A stretch of DNA of 64,000 nt, from the IMG/VR virus record IMGVR_UViG_3300029957_000008, positions 27,977 through 91,976 of that record, one strand, 5' to 3'. The translations under genes were made by a program, and so were the position numbers. The notes under the pieces are model-generated. The model searched no databases, was not told the DNA's origin, and was given only the letters and a program-made list of their open reading frames with translations. Position 1 is the stretch's first letter. The number at the start of each line of letters is the position of its first letter. Below, piece by piece: positions 62,981-64,000 of this stretch. The DNA is from a virus.

Positions 62981-64000
62981 TGAAACGCATTTTAGCATTC
63001 TTTTTTGGGCTTGTGTTGACCCTTTCTATAGCAAGGGTGGGTAATACGGACAGCTTTGTTAGCTCCGCCCACATTTGCTCTAGTACGGGGAAAGTGTGCT
63101 TGAATGAGCTTCCTCCGTTGCTTTCGCCGGGGACTGAGTCGCCGAGGACGAATTTCTACGCGCACTGGGTTGGGACTAGCTACTTCTACGGTCTCAACCC
63201 CGCTGGAGGGGCCACGACGTCTTCAACTGCCATCTCCGTGACGTCGACCCCTGCTGTGGTGATGTCGGCTAGCGCAAACGTATCCAATAATCCCAATCTG
63301 AAAGTGTGGCCGGCGGGTACGTACCGGCTGCATCTTTACGCCAATATGGCCAGTACGCCAGGCAGCGTTTACTTTGTGTTGTACGCTGGGTCCACGGTCC
63401 TCGCAACGAGTTCGACCGTGACTGTGGCGACGGGAAGCCTTGCCACCTATGACATCACTGTGACGGTGGCAACTGACTACGCGCCATCCGTGTCAACGGA
63501 CGCCCTGGGCATCTTTGTCTACGCCAGCTCGGCCAGTACAAACAATCTGACCATCGGGTACGACGGGGCAAATTCCACGTTCCTGAGCGCGCCTTGGGCG
63601 GCATTCAGTGCGAATAACCCACTCGTAGCTGGGACGGCATCGCCGGGGACGTCGCGAGTCCCTGCCATGTCCGACCACAGCCATCCCAAGGAAGGGACAG
63701 CTACGCCAACTGCCAACGGGACCGTGGCCGCCGACAGCGATGGGAAGATCGATCCGGGGTGGCTGCCGCCTGCGACGCCCTACACTCTCCCCGTCGCCAC
63801 GGGCAGCACTCTCGGTGGCGTGAAGTGCGGCTCAGGGATAACGTGCGCGGGTGACGGGACAGCATCGGTGTCGACGACCACCATCGGGGCAGTCCCAAGC
63901 GCCTGTGCCACTACGGATGCTTTGATCAAGCGCGATGGGGCGTGTGCCAACATCGCTTCCGACGGCTTGGGACGCGTTGCAATCGGCGCGACATCTGCAG
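62980..64000 (+). CDS. fibre-like protein with an N-terminal signal-peptide-like segment (3' partial)
   Basis: TAATG-coupled. My translation MKRILAFFFGLVLTLSIARVG...WPAGTYRLHLYA...SDHSHP...YTLPVATGSTLGGVK stays open to the edge. Confidence 0.75.
   Translation, partial: MKRILAFFFGLVLTLSIARVGNTDSFVSSAHICSSTGKVCLNELPPLLSPGTESPRTNFYAHWVGTSYFYGLNPAGGATTSSTAISVTSTPAVVMSASANVSNNPNLKVWPAGTYRLHLYANMASTPGSVYFVLYAGSTVLATSSTVTVATGSLATYDITVTVATDYAPSVSTDALGIFVYASSASTNNLTIGYDGANSTFLSAPWAAFSANNPLVAGTASPGTSRVPAMSDHSHPKEGTATPTANGTVAADSDGKIDPGWLPPATPYTLPVATGSTLGGVKCGSGITCAGDGTASVSTTTIGAVPSACATTDALIKRDGACANIASDGLGRVAIGATSA

Noticed and set aside
1-64000. Stop-codon reassignment, or prophage/host chromosome boundaries
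   Set aside because: Long genes translate intact in code 11 and all three stops are used. No integrase, att site or host housekeeping synteny is seen.

Overview
The whole window reads as one segment of a large, lytic-type myovirus genome. Its head and tail genes resemble Twort/SPO1 (Herelleviridae-like) architecture; the host cannot be determined from this window. Left part: a GroEL chaperonin operon diverges from a palindrome-rich putative origin, followed by a wHTH protein, an initiator-like protein, an SF2 helicase, ThyX, a sigma factor lacking region 4.2, a GroES-like protein and an Mre11/SbcD nuclease. The rest is the morphogenesis cluster: terminase, portal, MuF, protease, scaffold, capsid, neck, tail chaperones, tape measure, baseplate, sheath, tube and fibres. 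It is interrupted by host-sigma70-driven islands, mostly on the minus strand, carrying dUTPase, a deaminase, a HAD phosphatase, an SLT, two tRNAs, a phosphoesterase and a PNK-like kinase. Main unusual observations: (1) Head-cluster polyproteins carry signalling or effector domains: an intact GGDEF cyclase fused to the prohead protease, an mCpol-like domain, NUDIX, four PI3K/HipA-like kinase domains and one pseudokinase. These domains are separated by a recurring [L/M/I]-x-K-[S/A/T] motif that also occurs at the capsid N-terminus, suggesting protease-released, capsid-packaged cargo. (2) Four paralogous ~65-aa microproteins have constant ends and divergent centres. (3) An AATCTT(T) candidate late promoter precedes about 11 structural genes. 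(4) A tRNA-Pro-like gene has a 26-nt variable arm and lies next to tRNA-Ile(UAU). All family calls come from reading motifs by eye; no database search was run.
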